A stretch of 52,464 bases of DNA, taken from the NCBI GenBank assembly GCA_038087875.1, contig JAXLNO010000385.1, forward strand, positions 1,488,001 through 1,540,464, written 5' to 3'. This document shows positions 48,138 to 52,464 of this stretch, piece after piece. The notes under the pieces are model-generated. The model was given only the letters and a program-made list of their open reading frames with translations. It did no database searches and was not told the DNA's origin. The position numbers and the translations under genes were made by a program. Origin of the DNA: Malacoraja senta. Taxonomy: Eukaryota. Positions within the stretch are counted from its first letter, which is position 1, and the number at the start of each line of letters is the position of its first letter.

Positions 48138-48594
48138 TCAGAAGATGGTCAGTACAATTTCCTAAAGACTTTTTCTTGAGCTATAATTGATCCTGAAAGC
48201 TCAGTTGAATTTTTGGGCCGCATCCAAGTCACAGCTCATCCTTTCCCTTTAAAATATCAATTTCTGAAATGAATAAAAGCAAACTATTTGAGTCCACCAC
48301 CACATCAACACACACAGAAACGTAACATTCAACACTAATTTGTATCAACCATTGATGATGGCCTGACTCTGTTCACCAAAATCAAACCTGAATAAACTGA
48401 TTACAAATCAAATAGTGGCAAAAGCAAACTGCAGCTTATGCCTATCCACATATTGCTGCTGATTTTGGCAGTAGTGTTGAGATAAGAAACAAACTGCAAA
48501 GGTCAAGGAGTCACTGAATCACTGCAATAGGCAACGTTGGATGGGTTGGGCTGGCCTTTATGTCAATCATTGTCACATTGACAAGTTGGAAGAT

Positions 48595-48810
48595 TAGAAT
48601 TAGACCATTCGGCCCATCAAGTCCACTCCGCCATTCAATCATGGCTGATCTCTGCCATCTAATCCCATTTTCCTATCTTCTCCCCATAACCCTCGACACC
48701 CGTTCTATTCAAGAATTTGTCTATCTCTGCCTTAAAAATATCCACTGACTAAAGAAGTTCCTGCTCACCTCCTTTCTAAAAGAGCGCCCTTTAATTTTGA
48801 GGCAATGATG
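48595..48810 (-). mobile_element. CR1 3' fragment
   Basis: Homologous to 26420-26690. Confidence 0.8.
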
Positions 48811-49354
48811 CCACAGCAAGCATCCTCTCGTAGTTTCAGTTGTTGGAATATGTGCTGCAGAATGTTGTCAGATTAGCCGAACACTAGTGCTTGGTCTGCC
48901 AACATACTGGATCTTCCAGTTGCTCACCATTTTAACTGCCCTTCACATTCCCATCATAAGCTTTCTGTCCTCAGCCTCCGCAGCACAAATGTTACAAAAA
49001 ATTAGGCCCAAAAGTGGAACTGAGCATCACGGAATAAGCCAGTTCGGTATTCCGAAAAACGCAAGGAATCAGGGGATTTGGCAAAGGTCATTCGAGAATT
49101 TAAAAACCGATCAGGGTGCCTGGTAGTGGGGAGAGCGGGGTGTAACAGCAAGAGAGAGAGAGAGAGGGGGCAGATGCAAGTGGGAGACAGGGAGAGACGG
49201 TGAGAGGTGGGGGAAAGAGGTTTCAGTGGTAAAGCCATGGCTCGTTGCTTCTAGGAGTGGAGAAAATGACCTCAATCGACAGAATGCAATTTCAGAAACC
49301 CCTCGTCTCCACCGCGCTGGAGATTTCCGCTGGTGCAAGGAACAAATGGGTTAT

Positions 49355-49775
49355 AGTTTGCGTTGAGTGAACTGAGTGTTCTTACCGTCCTCGTCGTACA
49401 CCGGCGTTTTGTGAGAGTGGTTGTATCCCGGGATCCAGGGATGGAGGAGTCAGCGGCCGAGACAGGTGAGCGGGCCACGGTAGCTGGTGCCTCTCCCTCC
49501 TCTCACTCGCCGCTGGAAGAAGTGATACCTCTACACCCCGGGTCGAGCGCTGCCTCCTCCATCCCGCTGCTCAGCGGCAGCTGACTAGGATCCCACAGCA
49601 TCACCGATGCCTCACATCAGCTTCTGATCCCCCGCCCGCCCGCCCGCCCGCCTGTCTGTCTGTCCGGATAATGTGGCCGACGTTGGTTGAGCTGAAGCTG
49701 GGATCCAACCACTCTCACAAAACGCTGGTGTCCGGCGGCGAGAATGTTAACAACACAGTTCACTCAACGCAAACT
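49355..49775. repeat. Inverted repeat pair (~77 bp arms) in a GC-rich repeat-like region
   Basis: AGTTTGCGTTGAGTGAACTG..GCGTTTTGTGAGAGTGGTTG (49355-49431) versus the reverse complement of 49698-49775. Confidence 0.8.
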
Positions 49776-50472
49776 TGAAATCCCCGCTCCCATCCATCCC
49801 AACCACGCTCACACACACGTCTAATGTGTAGGAGGTGTGAAGAAGGCTCTTCTATCCAGAGGTCCGCGGACGGGAGTGTCGGTCGGTCCAGGCCCGCAGG
49901 CAGTGCGGAGGGGTTATGGGGGGGGGGTGTTGTGGGGGTAGTGGGGTGTGTGGGCGGGGGGGGGAGGGGTAGAGAGCTCGGAGCAAATACAGGGGAAGAG
50001 CCATGGGGGAGAAGGGGGTATCATGGGAGCCAGCGAGGGGGACCAGAGGGGTAGTGGCTGGAATTGGCAGTGCGATGGGGACTCACAGTGGGCGCTGGTC
50101 GTTCTCATACGCTGGGATCAGAGCCTCTGCTTTCCGTTTGGCGACATCTCCGACTCAAGTCCATACACCCCCTCCCCCCACAACCCCAACCCTCCCCTCC
50201 CCCCACAACCCCCCCTCTTCCACACAACCCCTCCCCCGTTAAAATAAAATAAAAATAGTTAAAATAAATATTAAAAGGTTATTAAAGTAAATTAAGTAAT
50301 CACATTAAGGATGTTTCATTCTAAATATATTTAATATAAAATAATTATAAATAAATTAAAACACTATTAACATTTATGACAGAAATTGACATTGTTGCGG
50401 GAAATCAACTTTGAATCCAGATTACGTAGAGGTTGTTAGTGTTGCAGAGTGCAGGGCAGCCGAGCTCCAGAA

Positions 50473-50585
50473 TCACATCACTGCTTCTCCGTGGACACGG
50501 AACGGTAGAGGCAAGTGTATTCTGGATGGCCCCAGTTGTTATTCACCCGCAGTTCAGTGAATTTGTAAACGGCAGCATCTTTATT
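50473..50585 (-). pseudogene. Terminal exon of a SUN-domain (Sad1/UNC-84) gene with a 1-bp frameshift
   Basis: Acceptor TTTTTTTGCTTTGTAG, then NKDAAVYKFTELRVNNNWGHPEYTCLYR[-1]FRVHGEAVM*, matching the SUN C-terminal signature ELRxxxNWGHxEYTCxYRFRVHG. ATTAAA on the minus strand at 50330-50335. Upstream exons are not recognisable in the window. Confidence 0.88.
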
Positions 50586-50967
50586 CTACAAAGCAAAAAA
50601 ACATGATGACAGATCAGGGAATCTGTGCTTCAGTATGAAAGTACTGTACGCTGGAGAGAAGATGGATTAGCTACAAACCAGACTTCAAACATCCTGCTGA
50701 TCATGGATTTCAGGACATTCTATTCAATTACATACAGCATTGATAACAAGCATTTTATCATGGAAAAGGTAGATGTTTTACAGAGGTATAAGGGGAACAT
50801 GGATCTCAAATGACAGCAGGAAATACTGGGAGCAACAGCTTTACTCCATGTAGCATCGTGGATGAGGAGAGAACATGCTTACTTACACAGGCTTGCTTTG
50901 TGGAAACTGACAAATTGTGAATAAAGTAGCCATGAAAAATAAACTTCTATTCTGGAAAGATAAAATG

Positions 50968-51368
50968 CTGGAGTTCACAAGATAGATCCCTGGGATGGCG
51001 GGACTGTCATATGGGGAAAGATTGAAAAGACTAGGCTTGTATTCACTGGAGTTTAGAAGGATGAGGGGGAATCTTATAGAAACATATACAATTATAAAAG
51101 GACTGGACAAGCTAGATGCAGGAAAAATGTTCCCAATGTTGGGCGAGTCCAGAACCAGGGGCCACAGTCTTAGAATAAAGGGGGGGCGGATCATTTAAGA
51201 CTGAGGTCGGAAAAAACGTTTTCACCCAGACAGTTGTGAATTTATGGAATTCCCTGCCACAGAGGGCAGTGGAGGCCAAATCACTCGATGGATTTAAGAA
51301 AGAGTTAGATAGAGCTCTAGGGGCTAGTGGAGTCAGGGGATATGGGAAGAAGGCAGGCACGGGTTATT
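50968..51368 (+). mobile_element. CR1 3' fragment in the SUN intron
   Basis: IPGMAGLSYGERLKRLGLYSLEFRRMRG..GESRTRGHSLRIKG; same subfamily as 22589-23000. Confidence 0.92.
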
Positions 51369-52464
51369 AACCATATAACCATTACAGCACGGAAACAGGC
51401 CATCTCGGCCCTCCAAGTCCGTGCCGAACATCATTTTTTTTAAATTAAAAAAAATAATAATAATACATCCCCCTAGTCCCATCTACCTGCACTCAGACCA
51501 TAACCCTCCATTCCTTTCCCGTCCATATACCCATCCAATCTATTTTTAAAGGATAAAATCGAACCTGCCTCCACCACTTCCACTGGAAGCTCATTCCACA
51601 CAGCTACCACTCTCTGAGTAAAGAAGTTCCCCCTAATGTTACCCCTAAACTTCTGTCCCTTAATTCTCAAGTCATGTCCCCTTGTTTGAATCTTCCCTAC
51701 TCTCAATGGAAAAAGCTTATCCACGTCAACTCTGTCTAACCCGCTCATAATTTTAAAGACCTCTATCAAGTCCCCTCTTAACCTTCTGCGCTCCAAAGAA
51801 TAAAGCCCTAACTTGTTCAACCTTTCTCTGTAACTTAGTTGCTGAAACCCAGGCAACATTCTAGTAAATCTCCTCTGTACTCTCTCTATTTTGTTGACAT
51901 CCTTCCTATAATTAGGCGACCAAAATTGTACTCCATACTCCAGAATTGGCCTCACCAATGCCTTGTACAATTTTAAGATTACATCCCAACTTCTATATTC
52001 AATGCTCTGATTTATAAAGGCCAGCACACCAAAAGCTTTCTTTACCACCCTATCTACATGAGATTCCACCTTCAGGGAACTATGCAGTTATTCCTAGATC
52101 CCTCTGTTCAACTGCATTCCTCAATTCTCTACCATTTACCATGTACGTCCTATTTTGATTTGTCCTGCCGAGATGTAGTACCTCACATTTATCAGCATTA
52201 AACTCCATCTGCCATCTTTCAGCCCACTCTTCCAAATGGCCTAAATCTCTCTGTAGACTTTGAAAATCTACATTATTATCCACCACACCACTTATCTTAG
52301 TATCATCTGCATACTTACTAATCCAATTTTCCACACCATCATCCAGATCATTGATGTACATGACAAACAACAGTGGACCCAACACAGACCCCTGAGGCAC
52401 CCCACTAGTCACCGGCCTCCAACCTGACAAACAGCCATCCACCATTACTCTCTGGCATCTCCCA
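51369..52464 (-). mobile_element. Relatively young CR1 (RT C-terminal half and 3' UTR), continues beyond the window
   Basis: VTSGVPQGSVLGPLLFVMYINDL..KYADDTK..KCEVLHLG, one frameshift near 52080, then an open frame to AGRWD* at 51473. Confidence 0.95.

Noticed and set aside
50883..50953. Penultimate SUN exon (AG...GTAAG on the minus strand)
   Set aside because: Translation shows no similarity to the expected SUN segment (LGxFxYDxxG...QxF).

Overview
Eukaryotic, repeat-dominated window. The repeat families suggest a cartilaginous fish such as a skate or ray (inference). Bases 1-22135 are a 21-24 bp satellite (TTTGCATTTTCAAAGCAAACCACC) that switches strand at ~7220; its higher-order blocks form a multi-kb inverted duplication, and all ORFs there are artefacts. 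Bases 22.5-29 kb hold decayed CR1 LINEs and a 1-kb TIR element. Bases 29194-38225 are a spliced, decayed P-superfamily DNA transposon (THAP domain, DHSY motif, P transposase core, TIRs). A DIRS1-type tyrosine-recombinase retrotransposon with intact ITR/ICR but no RT has inserted into it, and is itself interrupted by a Rex/Babar fragment. Bases 38.4-50.3 kb contain Harbinger MITEs, L2, a tRNA-derived SINE, fold-back elements, short repeats with a hammerhead-like core, and old duplicated non-coding modules. The only clear host-gene sequence is the terminal exon of a SUN-domain gene (50473-50585, minus strand), which carries a 1-bp frameshift and is missed by the ORF track. No intact protein-coding gene is visible. 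I see no firm evidence of a wholly new system; the best leads are in the findings.
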